This document shows positions 1 to 10,396 of a stretch of DNA of 64,000 bases, piece by piece (position 1 is the first letter of the stretch; every line of letters starts with the position of its first letter). The notes below the pieces were generated by a model, which worked only from the letters and a program-made list of their open reading frames with translations, ran no database searches and was not told the DNA's origin. A program made the position numbers and the translations under genes. This stretch comes from a virus, in the IMG/VR virus record IMGVR_UViG_3300008108_000011, positions 128,733 through 192,732 of that record. One strand, written 5' to 3'.

Positions 1-1
1 T

Positions 2-3000
2 GAAATCGATGGAGATAAGGTAACTCAACCAAACTCACCTTTCCCAGGTCTAGAACTTAATGGTGCAGCATCATATCCAAACCAAGGTAAATCCATGGTT
101 GCTGCTCAGTTCACCATCGTTTCATTTGGTGGAACAGGATATAGGGTAGTCAACGATGGTTACTGTCAGTTGGTTTCTGTGTTCGTTCTATTCTGTGCTG
201 ATGGTGTTTATGCTGATAGTGGTGGTTATGCTTCTGTTACCAACGCTGCTACCAACTTTGGTATCTATGCTCTAAGAGCTCGTGGATATAGAAAAGATCC
301 ATACACATTTGATATTGGAACTATTACTAATATCACCACATCTGTTACTGGTAAAACAGAAATTTCCGTCAGTGGTTTGGGTAGAAGACCATTTGAACAT
401 TATGTTGTAAAGATTGATGGATATAGAAACACAAATACCAACATAGAATATTTCATTGATTCGGTAAGAAACGTAACTGTTGGTCCACCTTTCAGTGCTA
501 CTATTGTCTTAAACGATGGCGCAGACTTCACCAAACTTTCTACTGGTGTTCCTGTTGGAATTTCTAACTCAGAATTTGTAGGTAAGACTATTAAGTTACA
601 TAGACCTTCTATTGTTAACTCATCTGGTCACACTTGGGAATTTGCTGGATCTGGAACAAACTACAATGCTCTACCAGAAAATGGTGGTATCAAAATTGAA
701 GCATACGAACAAGTATCTGAATACTATGGTCGTGTTTATACATCAGGAACCGACGAACTTGGTGACTTCAAGGTAGGTTACTTCGCACGTATTGAAAACA
801 GAACTGGTGCAATTACCTTTACTGGAACAGTTACCATCTCGGAAGTTGAATTCCTCAAACTGAAGGGCGGTGACGTTGTTGTTACTGGATTCGATGCTTC
901 TAATACTTTAGGTGGTGCTTTTACTACTGACTCTAAACTACCGACTCAAAAGGCAGTTAAGGATTATATCTCAAATAATCTTGGCCCATACATCAAAGGA
1001 GCACTTGCTGGTGACATTGCCATTCAAGCAGATACATCAGTATCTTACATTCTTAATAATGATTTAACTAGCTTGTATCTTGGATTCGCAGTAGATACCG
1101 CTTTAGTATTCAACACAGGAAATATCTTTACTGGTTCTGGATCTGGTGGTCAAATTCAAGCAACAGAATACAGAGAAGGTGTAGTTTGGAAGATTAACAT
1201 CACGAATCCTGGATCTGGATACACAGTTCCACCCAATATCGTCATTTCTGGTGGAAATCCTCAAGGTGGTGCGGTATCAGCAACTGCTACTTGCACCATT
1301 GCTAATGGTCAAGTTGTTTCTGTAACCATCACAGAAAATAACGGTTATATTGGTGGTAAAGGATACACCACGCAACCTTCAGTCGTATTCACTGGTCCAG
1401 GTGGTGCTGGTGTTACTGCTACTGCTTCTGCTCTCATTGAAAACAGGTTGTATGGTGATATCGTCAACAACATCAAGATTGTTGATACCGATACAGTAAC
1501 ATCTAATAATTCACCAACAGGCACAGTAGTTGATATTTCTCGTGTTGTTAATACTTCATCAAAGATTAATGGTAACTGGGTATCTCTATCTTCTAACCAG
1601 ATTTCTGCAGATGCCATTACTTCTGGTATTATCGCTACTACTCGTCTGGCACAAAACTCAACGGAAGCAAACTCTTTTACATTCCTAAGAGGAGATCAAT
1701 CTTATGCTCCTGTTCTTCAATCACTCAAAGGAACAGAGACAAGATACTTTGCTAAGTTGACAAATGCTGTTTCATCTGGTTCGAGCACATTTGTGTTTGA
1801 AACAAACGCAAACATTCTCAAGGGGCATGGTATTGTTAATGACGTTAACGGCATTCCACTAGGAACATTAGTTAACTCTGTAATTACTGCTGCTGGATTC
1901 ACTACAGTTCAGTTAAACAACCCAGTAACTCAAAATATTTCCTCTGGAACAGTAATTCAGTTTACTCGCCCAGCATCTCCACTTATTATTGATACTTCTT
2001 ACACCATTGGAAACTTTGTAGATAGTATTGTTGTTGCAAATGGGGGGAGTGGATTTACGAATGGAACGTATTATGATGTTTCTTTAAGTGGTGGAACTGG
2101 AACTGGATTAAAAGCAAATATTACTGTTGCTGGTAATGCTGTAACAACTGTGGCGGTAACAAGTGGTGGAGTTAATTACACTGGTGATTTTAGTGTTACT
2201 TCTGCTCCTTCTGTGATTGGTTCTGGTTCTGGATTAGTTCTTCTGGCTAAAACCGCTACAACCAACAAAAACTATGCTAATGCTGCTATTGATGTTAAGA
2301 GAGTTGATGATTTAACTATTTCTTCTGATCCATATGGTTCAGTTGGTGTAGCTAGATTCCAAAAGTCACAGTTCACTTTAAACGCTGCTGGCAATGGATC
2401 AGTAACTCTCAAGACTGGTGCAGATAGCGGATTGGATGCAGACTTACTTGATGGTGCCCAGGGTGCTTACTATCTAAATGCAAGCAACTTAAATTCAGGA
2501 ACATTATCTGTTGACCGTCTTGCTGGAACATATAATATTTCTATCTCTGGTCAGTCAGGTAATACCTTACGTCTGATTACTTCTACAAACAACCCAACTT
2601 CATCCCCTTCCCCCAACTCATTTGCCGAAGGTATTATTGCTGACACGAGAAATAATATATCAGATAGCTTAGATGATGGTGGAACTAAACATCTAGTTCT
2701 TACACTCAGAAATGGTTCTTCGGGATTTGACGCTACTTATGGTGGAGTAAGACAACTTGCTTTTACCGACAATAATAATATGTGGCTCCGTGGTTCTGGA
2801 ACGGGAGTTACTACATTTGGTTCTTGGGCAAAAGTGTGGACAGATCTTAATGATGGTCCTGGAACGGGATTGGATGCTGATAAACTCGATAACCGTCAAG
2901 GTTCATTCTACCAAAATGCTTATAACTTAAACTCTGGCATTATCAGCGATAACCGTTTACCATCTTACCAGACACAAAAGAGTTTTAATAGTGGAGTAAA

Positions 3001-4546
3001 AGTTCTTACTACAACTAATAATCCATATTATGATATTTACGTCACTGGTTTCGTATTAACTGCATCGCCATTCCTTGCTGGTCAGACTGTTAACCTCTAT
3101 GATGTTAATTCACAGGGAACTGGAACGATTCTGATCACTAACGTCGCCACATATAACGATGCTGACGACGCACTAGATTACAGCATCATCAGTGGTGTTC
3201 TAACAACTGGAACATTCACTGGCGCTCAAACGATCGGAACTGCTTCCAATAGAGTTGCATTCCAAGATTATACTCTCAGAAATCAGGGAACATTCGAAAC
3301 TGCTTCACTTGAGAGTTTAACTGGAACTGCTCTGCTCAAGCTTGGTAGAAAGGATGGCACTGCATCATCCCCTGCTATCTATTTTAGCAGCAGCTCTTCA
3401 GCAGCATCCAACTACAACGTTGCTCTGGTTGCTTCTGGTGGTAGCAACACAGATGGTAGCGGTAACCTCAACATCGTTGCTGGTTCTGTTGATGCAGTTA
3501 CAATCAATAACAATAAGATTTGGAACGCTGGTAACCTAACTCCAGCAACTAACAATGTTGCAAATACCGTTGTTCTCCGTGATGCTTCTGGTAACTTTGC
3601 CGCTGGCACAATCACTGCTAGTGTCACTGGTGCTGCTTCTCTCAACGTATTGAAGGCAGGCGATACAATGACAGGTCAGTTGAAGATTGCCTTCAACAGT
3701 GGTCTTGGGGTTAGTGAAACAGGTGGGTCTGGAGCAAGGTTGACTATTACATCTGCTGGAACTGGTGCTATCATTTATCAAAATGATAACTCCGCAATTA
3801 TTTTTCAAACTGATACTGCAGCTGAACAAGGCAGATTTAGACAAACTGCTGCGGGCGGCGGTTTCCAAACCAAATTACTATCTGTAAATAACAACACATC
3901 TGATGCGAGTGTTACTGGTGGATTGGGCGCTGATATTGATGCTCCATGGATCAGAATAGGCGATGCAACTACAGATAGAACCTATACTAATGGTCAGGGT
4001 ATCAAATTCCATGATAATGCTGTTCAACATTATTCTATTGGTCAACTTGGCGGCAAATTCTTAATTGCTCAAACTGGTTCAAGTGGAAATTCATTATTCC
4101 CAAGCACAACTTCGACAGTTGGTATCTATATGGATTCCAACTCAAGAGTTGGTATTAATATTGCTCAAAGCAATACATTAACTTATCAACTACAAGTTAA
4201 TGGTTCCTTCGCTGCCACTTCCAAGTCATTCCGTATTCCCCACCCAACCAAAGAGAACCATGACCTCGTTTATGGTTCGTTGGAAGGACCAGAGCACGGC
4301 GTATATGTTCGTGGTAAGTCATCTGGTGTTATTGAGTTACCTGATTACTGGGTTGCTCTTGTCGATGAGAACACCATCACCGTTCAACTCACTCCAATCG
4401 GCAATCATATGTCATGGGTTGAGAAGATTGAAGATAACAAGATCCTTATTGGTGGTGGTGAGGCATTCTACTTCGTTCAGGCGATGCGTAAGGATATTGA
4501 GAAGTTAGAGGTTGAAGTTGAGTTGCCTGTTGAGGAGGAAGAGTGA
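2..4546 (+). CDS. Giant tail fibre / baseplate-associated fibre protein, 5'-truncated, with C-terminal chaperone-like domain
   Basis: The frame is open from base 2 (EIDGDKVTQPNSPFPG...), so the ATG at 95 is internal. G/T/S/N-rich beta-strand sequence with repeated GLDADxLD fibre motifs and GSGY turns. C-terminal KSFRIPHP...GSLEGPEHGVYVRG domain is typical of phage fibre ends. Confidence 0.8.
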   Translation, partial: EIDGDKVTQPNSPFPGLELNGAASYPNQGKSMVAAQFTIVSFGGTGYRVVNDGYCQLVSVFVLFCADGVYADSGGYASVTNAATNFGIYALRARGYRKDPYTFDIGTITNITTSVTGKTEISVSGLGRRPFEHYVVKIDGYRNTNTNIEYFIDSVRNVTVGPPFSATIVLNDGADFTKLSTGVPVGISNSEFVGKTIKLHRPSIVNSSGHTWEFAGSGTNYNALPENGGIKIEAYEQVSEYYGRVYTSGTDELGDFKVGYFARIENRTGAITFTGTVTISEVEFLKLKGGDVVVTGFDASNTLGGAFTTDSKLPTQKAVKDYISNNLGPYIKGALAGDIAIQADTSVSYILNNDLTSLYLGFAVDTALVFNTGNIFTGSGSGGQIQATEYREGVVWKINITNPGSGYTVPPNIVISGGNPQGGAVSATATCTIANGQVVSVTITENNGYIGGKGYTTQPSVVFTGPGGAGVTATASALIENRLYGDIVNNIKIVDTDTVTSNNSPTGTVVDISRVVNTSSKINGNWVSLSSNQISADAITSGIIATTRLAQNSTEANSFTFLRGDQSYAPVLQSLKGTETRYFAKLTNAVSSGSSTFVFETNANILKGHGIVNDVNGIPLGTLVNSVITAAGFTTVQLNNPVTQNISSGTVIQFTRPASPLIIDTSYTIGNFVDSIVVANGGSGFTNGTYYDVSLSGGTGTGLKANITVAGNAVTTVAVTSGGVNYTGDFSVTSAPSVIGSGSGLVLLAKTATTNKNYANAAIDVKRVDDLTISSDPYGSVGVARFQKSQFTLNAAGNGSVTLKTGADSGLDADLLDGAQGAYYLNASNLNSGTLSVDRLAGTYNISISGQSGNTLRLITSTNNPTSSPSPNSFAEGIIADTRNNISDSLDDGGTKHLVLTLRNGSSGFDATYGGVRQLAFTDNNNMWLRGSGTGVTTFGSWAKVWTDLNDGPGTGLDADKLDNRQGSFYQNAYNLNSGIISDNRLPSYQTQKSFNSGVKVLTTTNNPYYDIYVTGFVLTASPFLAGQTVNLYDVNSQGTGTILITNVATYNDADDALDYSIISGVLTTGTFTGAQTIGTASNRVAFQDYTLRNQGTFETASLESLTGTALLKLGRKDGTASSPAIYFSSSSSAASNYNVALVASGGSNTDGSGNLNIVAGSVDAVTINNNKIWNAGNLTPATNNVANTVVLRDASGNFAAGTITASVTGAASLNVLKAGDTMTGQLKIAFNSGLGVSETGGSGARLTITSAGTGAIIYQNDNSAIIFQTDTAAEQGRFRQTAAGGGFQTKLLSVNNNTSDASVTGGLGADIDAPWIRIGDATTDRTYTNGQGIKFHDNAVQHYSIGQLGGKFLIAQTGSSGNSLFPSTTSTVGIYMDSNSRVGINIAQSNTLTYQLQVNGSFAATSKSFRIPHPTKENHDLVYGSLEGPEHGVYVRGKSSGVIELPDYWVALVDENTITVQLTPIGNHMSWVEKIEDNKILIGGGEAFYFVQAMRKDIEKLEVEVELPVEEEE

Positions 4547-5217
4547 TGGCGATTGGATATGGGAATGTATTGCCAGGTTTAGATAATATTGTTCTTTGTG
4601 TTGATGCTGGAAACCCCAAAATATATGTTGCTGGTAATACAACATACACTTTAAATAATGGATTGCAACCTCCATCAAACGGATATTTTACTTTTGATGG
4701 ATCTGATGATAGTATTAGTGTTCAAACTGTATATTTAAACACTCCCTACACAGGAAAAACCATAATTGTTGCAGCCTGGATGGATTCTGATGTTGTTTTT
4801 ACAACAAGTTATTATAGAGCTATGATTGGTGGTGTTGGTGATAGGAATGCAAATTTTTACATTAGAACTAGAGGACCAAATCCAAATGATTATGATTTAC
4901 ATTTCAGCACGGGACCATCTGGAGCATATTATGGAACTTTGAGTTCTGGAATCACTTTAAATACCCAACAGTGGTATATTTTTGCAGTTACGCAATCTTC
5001 ACTAGATGGTGCTCATAATTATTATATGAATGGATCTCTGATATCAACCAATCCTTCCACTTGGTATTCTTATGGTCAAAACTCCACAGAATACTTGGGT
5101 AGAGCTGATAATTTCTGGAAGGGAAGAATTGGTTATTGGTATGTTTATAATAAATCTTTTACCGCAGAAGAAATAAAAAGACATTTTGATTTAACCAAAG
5201 GGAGGTTCGGAATCTAA
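4546..5217 (+). CDS. LamG/concanavalin A-like lectin domain protein (fibre-associated), paralogue 1
   Basis: TGATG overlap with the fibre stop. FTFDGSDD, W/Y-rich beta sandwich, C-terminal YNKSFTAEEIKRHF...GRFGI. Confidence 0.7.
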   Translation: MAIGYGNVLPGLDNIVLCVDAGNPKIYVAGNTTYTLNNGLQPPSNGYFTFDGSDDSISVQTVYLNTPYTGKTIIVAAWMDSDVVFTTSYYRAMIGGVGDRNANFYIRTRGPNPNDYDLHFSTGPSGAYYGTLSSGITLNTQQWYIFAVTQSSLDGAHNYYMNGSLISTNPSTWYSYGQNSTEYLGRADNFWKGRIGYWYVYNKSFTAEEIKRHFDLTKGRFGI

Positions 5218-5987
5218 TGGCACTAGGACATTCTCCCTCTATTGTAGTTGATAGCAGTTTGTATAGTTGGTTTGATTTTACTAATACAAATTCATATGTA
5301 GCACAAAATAATCAAGCAACAATTTATAGTTTATTAAATAATGGATATAATTGGAGCACCGCTAATTTTTCTGGCACAGTAAATACCACAACATACGGAA
5401 CAATAGCAAAAGGATTACTATTTGATGGTAATGCTCAAATGCTTACCCAAAATGGTGGTAACAGTTATTATTATGGATGGGATCCAACTGGAACATATGG
5501 CACACCAACATTAACAAATGAAATGTGGGTATATCCCTACGAGGGAAATGGTGTTCTTTTTACGCGACCTTGGAATGGATCTGGTAGATATAATGTTTGG
5601 GTGTTTCCTGGAAGTTTTTATATTGCTTCTGGTGGTAGTAGTTCATCACAACCTTCATCGCAAATTAATTATCCAGTAGATTTATCATCATTTGGCAAAC
5701 CAGTTCATATAGTATGTTGGGCAAATCAAACTCAAATGGGGTATTATATTAACGGAGGTCAATATTCTGGTTCCCAAAACCATGGTATAACTGGTGGTGG
5801 TGATTACTATGGGAATGGTATTGGCGCTGGTTATATGACTTTATATCCATATGGTCAAGGGTGGAGTGGTAATACTGGGTTTAGTATTAACGGTGTTTTA
5901 TATCAAGCAAGAGTTTATAATAGAGTATTAACATCAAGTGAAGTTCAGGGAAATTTTGCAGCACACGCAGCGAGGTATGGATACTAA
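5217..5987 (+). CDS. LamG/concanavalin A-like lectin domain protein, paralogue 2
   Basis: TAATG coupling. LLFDGN motif, C-terminal YNRVLTSSEVQGNF...RYGY. Confidence 0.7.
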   Translation: MALGHSPSIVVDSSLYSWFDFTNTNSYVAQNNQATIYSLLNNGYNWSTANFSGTVNTTTYGTIAKGLLFDGNAQMLTQNGGNSYYYGWDPTGTYGTPTLTNEMWVYPYEGNGVLFTRPWNGSGRYNVWVFPGSFYIASGGSSSSQPSSQINYPVDLSSFGKPVHIVCWANQTQMGYYINGGQYSGSQNHGITGGGDYYGNGIGAGYMTLYPYGQGWSGNTGFSINGVLYQARVYNRVLTSSEVQGNFAAHAARYGY

Positions 5988-6715
5988 TGGCAGTTTACGC
6001 AGGTCCTGATTTAATTGAAGACGGATTAATTTTTTGCATAGATCCAGGAAATTCTAAGAGTTGGAATGGTTCTTCTTTATTGGATATAGCAGGTAATAGA
6101 ACATTATCATTAGTAAATACTTCTGGAACTGCAATATCATATTCGCCAAGCAACGGAGGAATATTAAAATTTAATAATGGGTCAAATTATATTCAGTGCC
6201 CTTCTGACAGCGATTTGAAATTAACATCTTCATTTTCTATGTTTATTTGTTATAGATTAAATCAAGCATTTGGCGATCAAAATTTAGCAAATGGTGATAC
6301 TAAATACAGAACTTTATTCGGTAAACCAAATTATAATGAATATGGAATTATTATGGAATGGTATACTGGAAATCCATTATTATTTGATTTTATTGGAACT
6401 GATAATCAAAGAAATCCACTTGGTTTATCTTATACGTTTGGATATTCAACATGGAGTATTGTTGCTTATACTTACAGTGTTTCTAGAGGATTTCAAAAAA
6501 GCTATATGTATAAATCAGATGGAAGTACTTCATTTGTAACAAGAAATACTACTTCTACAGTAAGAACAACAGATGATCCTGTAAGAATAGGAAGTGCTGG
6601 GTCTGGATATCAGATAGATTTAGATATTGGACCAGCAATGATTTACAACAAAGCATTATCAGATGCAGAAGTTCAACAAAATTTTGAAAGACTTCGCGGA
6701 AGATTTGTAATATAA
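5987..6715 (+). CDS. LamG/concanavalin A-like lectin domain protein, paralogue 3
   Basis: TAATG coupling. N-terminal GPDLIEDGLIFCIDPGN, C-terminal YNKALSDAEVQQNF...GRFVI. Confidence 0.7.
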   Translation: MAVYAGPDLIEDGLIFCIDPGNSKSWNGSSLLDIAGNRTLSLVNTSGTAISYSPSNGGILKFNNGSNYIQCPSDSDLKLTSSFSMFICYRLNQAFGDQNLANGDTKYRTLFGKPNYNEYGIIMEWYTGNPLLFDFIGTDNQRNPLGLSYTFGYSTWSIVAYTYSVSRGFQKSYMYKSDGSTSFVTRNTTSTVRTTDDPVRIGSAGSGYQIDLDIGPAMIYNKALSDAEVQQNFERLRGRFVI

Positions 6716-6718
6716 ATA
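6711..6718 (+). promoter_or_regulatory. T4-type late promoter TATAAATA
   Basis: Exact gp55 consensus about 22 nt upstream of the ATG at 6741. Confidence 0.75.
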
Positions 6719-6740
6719 CTCAATAAAAGGCTTATAGGAA

Positions 6741-8828
6741 ATGGCAAATTCTGATAAGGATATCCTTATAACGCCGAATAAAGGCACTACATCATTACCA
6801 GAAGTTAGTTTTGTCGGTCAAGTAAACTCACCGATAAGACTTCGTGTGCTTGATGATAATACATTATCCTTTGAAGGTTCTGCTGGTCAGTTATTTTCGA
6901 TCAACAATAACTTAACCACTGGAACAATCTTTGCAGTTTCTGATGTTTCTGGTGTTCCTGGATTATCCTATGATGCTGGTGGAGCATTAAAATTAACTCC
7001 TTTCAATGGAGTTACGATGGTTGGTGGAACAACCACAGCAACTTCACCAAAACTAGTAACAGTTCAAAGCAACGCTGGAACAAGATATTCATTCCAAATT
7101 CAAGTCAACTCTGGTATTACAGATGGGCAATATGATGGTATAGGATTTACTCAGGGATCTGGTGGAGCAACTCCTTTAGGTGGTATTCGTTGTGAATATA
7201 GAAGCAGTGGATCTCCAGATTTTGGTTGGTATACCAGAAGCGGTGGTTCCACAGAAAGTATAAAATTAAAACTATGGAACTCTGGAAATCTTTCTATTGG
7301 AACTGCAGATCAAACAGAATATACTCGTTTGAATGTTCTCGGTGGAAATGGTATTACTATTAGAGCTGATAGTTCATCTACCAGTAATAGATACATTTAT
7401 TTCAGACAAGCGCCAAACGACTATGGTTTCCGTATCACGCAAGATGATGCTTCCGTTGGTATGCTTTTCTTCCGAGCAGTTGATGCTGGAAATGACACTA
7501 ACCCATTAATTACTTTAGACAGACCAACACTAAGAGTTGGCATTGGAAATTTTAGCACATCTGCTAGACCAGGATATACTCTTGATGTTAATGGCAATAT
7601 CAACTTCTCTGGTAACTTATACCAAGCAGGTTCAATCTTCAAAACTCTCCCAACCCAAGATGCAACAACTGATGGATCCGTTCTTAGAACTCGTTGGAAT
7701 CCATCTGCATCTACATACGAAGCATATTGGACACATGACCTTGATGCAAACTATCGTCTAGAGAACCCAGATCAGTGGGCATTCCGTTATATCATTAATA
7801 GGGGTTATACAGTTGCTGGATATCAAAATGCTAACCCATGGAGAAACGGTAACAGAACTTCACATCCATCAGACGTAACAATTTCCATTGGGGATGTTAT
7901 TGATTATTCTGCTGCTTATATTGGCGGTTCTCATAATGGAGTAAATCTCTTTGTTTACAACTGTGCTAACTCTTGGTTGCCAGCTTCTGCTTCCACATGT
8001 TCCATGAGCATGATTACAGAGACAAATAGAGGTCTCAACACATCTTGGAATGACACTAGAGCACGTAGTTATTCTGGTGCTTGGCTCGACTTTATGGGTA
8101 ACCAGTGGAGAACAAATGCTGGTAGAAATAGAGCATATATCAGTTCTGGCAATGGCAACACATCCAGACATGATCTGATCACAGAAGCAATGATTGCTGA
8201 AATTGGCGGCACAATTTCATACGTTTCTCACGCGGAAGGTGAATTTTTTGCTTGGCTATCGCAAGGTCAGAACCGATTTGAATTCTCAACAGAAACATTT
8301 ACAGCATGGTCCAGTTATTCACCTGCTCCTGGTTGCGATGGAATTAACAAGCACCAAGCAACACGTATTGGTTTCTTCTATTGTTCGGAAGGTGGTAACA
8401 CAGATAGAAACGTAACTAAGAGAAGAGATACTGATGCCGTTATTTTAAGATCTGGGATTACTAAACCAGAAACTGGTGGTGAGGAGAACCTACATACTGG
8501 TATGAACAAAGGTTATTGTATTTCAAACTATAATTATGCTCAGAACAATAACGCATGGATTTATCAATATTATAATGATGTAATTCGTTTTGCTGATGGC
8601 ACTCTAACGTATCGTAAAGGAATTCCTGGTGCTTCATCAGGAACTGGTCAAGAAGGTGGAGATATGCAAGGTGCTGGTATTCCTCCAAGGTCTTATATGA
8701 CATATGCAGGTGGTCAGCAAGTTGCTCCAGGAACAATGGTTTATGGTGGATCCACTGGTGCTACATTACAAGGTGGTGCCCCATTAACAGATGGTTCTGG
8801 CGCAACAGGTGGAATTGGAACATATTAA
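6741..8828 (+). CDS. Fibre-like virion protein (695 aa) with probable C-terminal beta-propeller-like domain
   Basis: N-terminal MANSDKDILITPN...SFEGSAGQLFSI resembles cyanophage structural proteins. Middle has fibre motifs (YTLDVNGNINFSG). G/S/Y-rich repetitive C-terminal half. Late promoter upstream. Confidence 0.55.
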   Translation: MANSDKDILITPNKGTTSLPEVSFVGQVNSPIRLRVLDDNTLSFEGSAGQLFSINNNLTTGTIFAVSDVSGVPGLSYDAGGALKLTPFNGVTMVGGTTTATSPKLVTVQSNAGTRYSFQIQVNSGITDGQYDGIGFTQGSGGATPLGGIRCEYRSSGSPDFGWYTRSGGSTESIKLKLWNSGNLSIGTADQTEYTRLNVLGGNGITIRADSSSTSNRYIYFRQAPNDYGFRITQDDASVGMLFFRAVDAGNDTNPLITLDRPTLRVGIGNFSTSARPGYTLDVNGNINFSGNLYQAGSIFKTLPTQDATTDGSVLRTRWNPSASTYEAYWTHDLDANYRLENPDQWAFRYIINRGYTVAGYQNANPWRNGNRTSHPSDVTISIGDVIDYSAAYIGGSHNGVNLFVYNCANSWLPASASTCSMSMITETNRGLNTSWNDTRARSYSGAWLDFMGNQWRTNAGRNRAYISSGNGNTSRHDLITEAMIAEIGGTISYVSHAEGEFFAWLSQGQNRFEFSTETFTAWSSYSPAPGCDGINKHQATRIGFFYCSEGGNTDRNVTKRRDTDAVILRSGITKPETGGEENLHTGMNKGYCISNYNYAQNNNAWIYQYYNDVIRFADGTLTYRKGIPGASSGTGQEGGDMQGAGIPPRSYMTYAGGQQVAPGTMVYGGSTGATLQGGAPLTDGSGATGGIGTY

Positions 8829-8841
8829 TAGGAATTAAAAA

Positions 8842-9633
8842 ATGGAAAGAGTTTATTACTTAATAAAAGATACTTCACTATTCTCAATCATATATGATCT
8901 CAGAGTTTTGAGATCTTTGTTGAATTGGTATGCTGTTTCTATGCCAGCATCCGAAGAATTGATGTTCAAAGAAATTGTGAAGGGAAAATATTACCCGTTA
9001 GATCCTATTACTGGATTTAAGGGGTTTAAAACTTTTGCTGATATTAGAGGTCAAATTAAAATAGTTCAGCAAGAAGCAAATGGAGAAGTTGTTGCATTTC
9101 AATCTGAAGGTGTTTTCAATTCCGTAGAAGATGATCCAAAAGCTGGTGTTAATAAAATTGTTCTTGATGTTGATGACGAGAGAAGAAATGCTGTTATAAA
9201 CGCTATGAGGTTGGTAGCAAAAGCAGTTATAGAAGAAGAGTTTGATAAAAAATTTATGGAATTAGATACTTCTTCTAATATGGAATCTTTGTCATTTGAA
9301 CTACAATATGAAGAAGCATTAGCATATCAAAGTAATAAAGATACGGAAGTTCCTTTGTTAACTGCATTAGCTGGTGCTAGAGAAATATCTGTTGAAGAAA
9401 TGGCAGAAAAAATTATTAGTGGGCGTCTAGTATATAAGCAAAAAATTACAGATCTTCTAACAAGAATGACTTGGATAAAAGCACAATTCAAAAATGCCTC
9501 CACAATTAGAGATCTAAATAGATTATACGAAGACTATTTCAGCATTGCAATGCCAGAATCACAAGCTATTGAAGAAGGTAGAGTTGTTGATTTTAAGCGT
9601 GTTGTTCCTGTAGGAATTGGTCTAAGATTTTAA
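8842..9633 (+). CDS. Hypothetical alpha-helical protein (263 aa), possible fibre assembly factor
   Basis: Long co-directional ORF with an AGGA ribosome-binding site; helical, acidic composition. Confidence 0.5.
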   Translation: MERVYYLIKDTSLFSIIYDLRVLRSLLNWYAVSMPASEELMFKEIVKGKYYPLDPITGFKGFKTFADIRGQIKIVQQEANGEVVAFQSEGVFNSVEDDPKAGVNKIVLDVDDERRNAVINAMRLVAKAVIEEEFDKKFMELDTSSNMESLSFELQYEEALAYQSNKDTEVPLLTALAGAREISVEEMAEKIISGRLVYKQKITDLLTRMTWIKAQFKNASTIRDLNRLYEDYFSIAMPESQAIEEGRVVDFKRVVPVGIGLRF

Positions 9634-9651
9634 TCATAAACAGGAATTGTT

Positions 9652-10395
9652 ATGTTAAGTAAAGAGACTATTCTGCAAAATGCAGTGCAGTTTGCTACTG
9701 GTCAAACTGATTATCAAAATGATAATTTTGTGATGAATTCTCACGTTACAAAGTATCGTCAAATTCGCCAAGCACTTTTAGAAATTGAAAATAGATATCA
9801 CGGCATCAGAAAAATTAAACTTGATGTTCGTAGAGACGAAATTAAAATTAAAGCACTTCAACGAGATTTAGAGAAGTGTGAGGATGATCTAGAAGCAGAA
9901 TTAATTCGTATTGATATCGAAGATTTAGAATCTGATAATGATATCCGCAGAAGAAAATTAACTAGACAAGAACAAGAAATAGATGTTTTTGTCAAAAGAG
10001 TTCAAGAAAATGTAGAAAGCGAAGAAGATATTCAAAGATACTTTGATCAAGATCCAGAGGAAGAAAGAAAGTATTGGATTGCTCGCATGGGCAAACAAGC
10101 TGCTATGGATATCCTTTCTTTTGGGAGAATTAGCACAGGCAACTTAGATTCTATTGCCATGCTTCCAGAAGAAGAACAACTTCAAATTCTTTCAATTGGT
10201 TTTCAGTATTCCAATCTTCTTGGTGGTCAGTTAGCAAAAATTGAAGGTAGAACTAGAGAGTATACACAACAACTATTGTCAGATTCAGCAAATCTAAGAT
10301 TACCAACATTTGAAGGTATCGAAGATAATATGGAATTGAAGATGATTAATTCACTTAAGGAGATTGTTGAGCAGAAAAAATTAAAAGGAAATTAA
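9652..10395 (+). CDS. Hypothetical coiled-coil protein (247 aa)
   Basis: Long ORF with heptad-rich middle (LLEIENR...LEKCEDDLEAELIRIDIEDLE) and an AGGA ribosome-binding site. Confidence 0.5.
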   Translation: MLSKETILQNAVQFATGQTDYQNDNFVMNSHVTKYRQIRQALLEIENRYHGIRKIKLDVRRDEIKIKALQRDLEKCEDDLEAELIRIDIEDLESDNDIRRRKLTRQEQEIDVFVKRVQENVESEEDIQRYFDQDPEEERKYWIARMGKQAAMDILSFGRISTGNLDSIAMLPEEEQLQILSIGFQYSNLLGGQLAKIEGRTREYTQQLLSDSANLRLPTFEGIEDNMELKMINSLKEIVEQKKLKGN

Positions 10396-10396
10396 T

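Noticed and set aside
2419-2960. Repeated GLDADxLD / NLNSG motifs in the fibre as a DNA repeat system
   Set aside because: These are protein-level repeats common in phage fibres and are diverged at the DNA level.
4546-6715. Diversity-generating retroelement targeting the lectin genes
   Set aside because: There is no reverse transcriptase in the window and I saw no template/variable repeat pair differing only at adenines.
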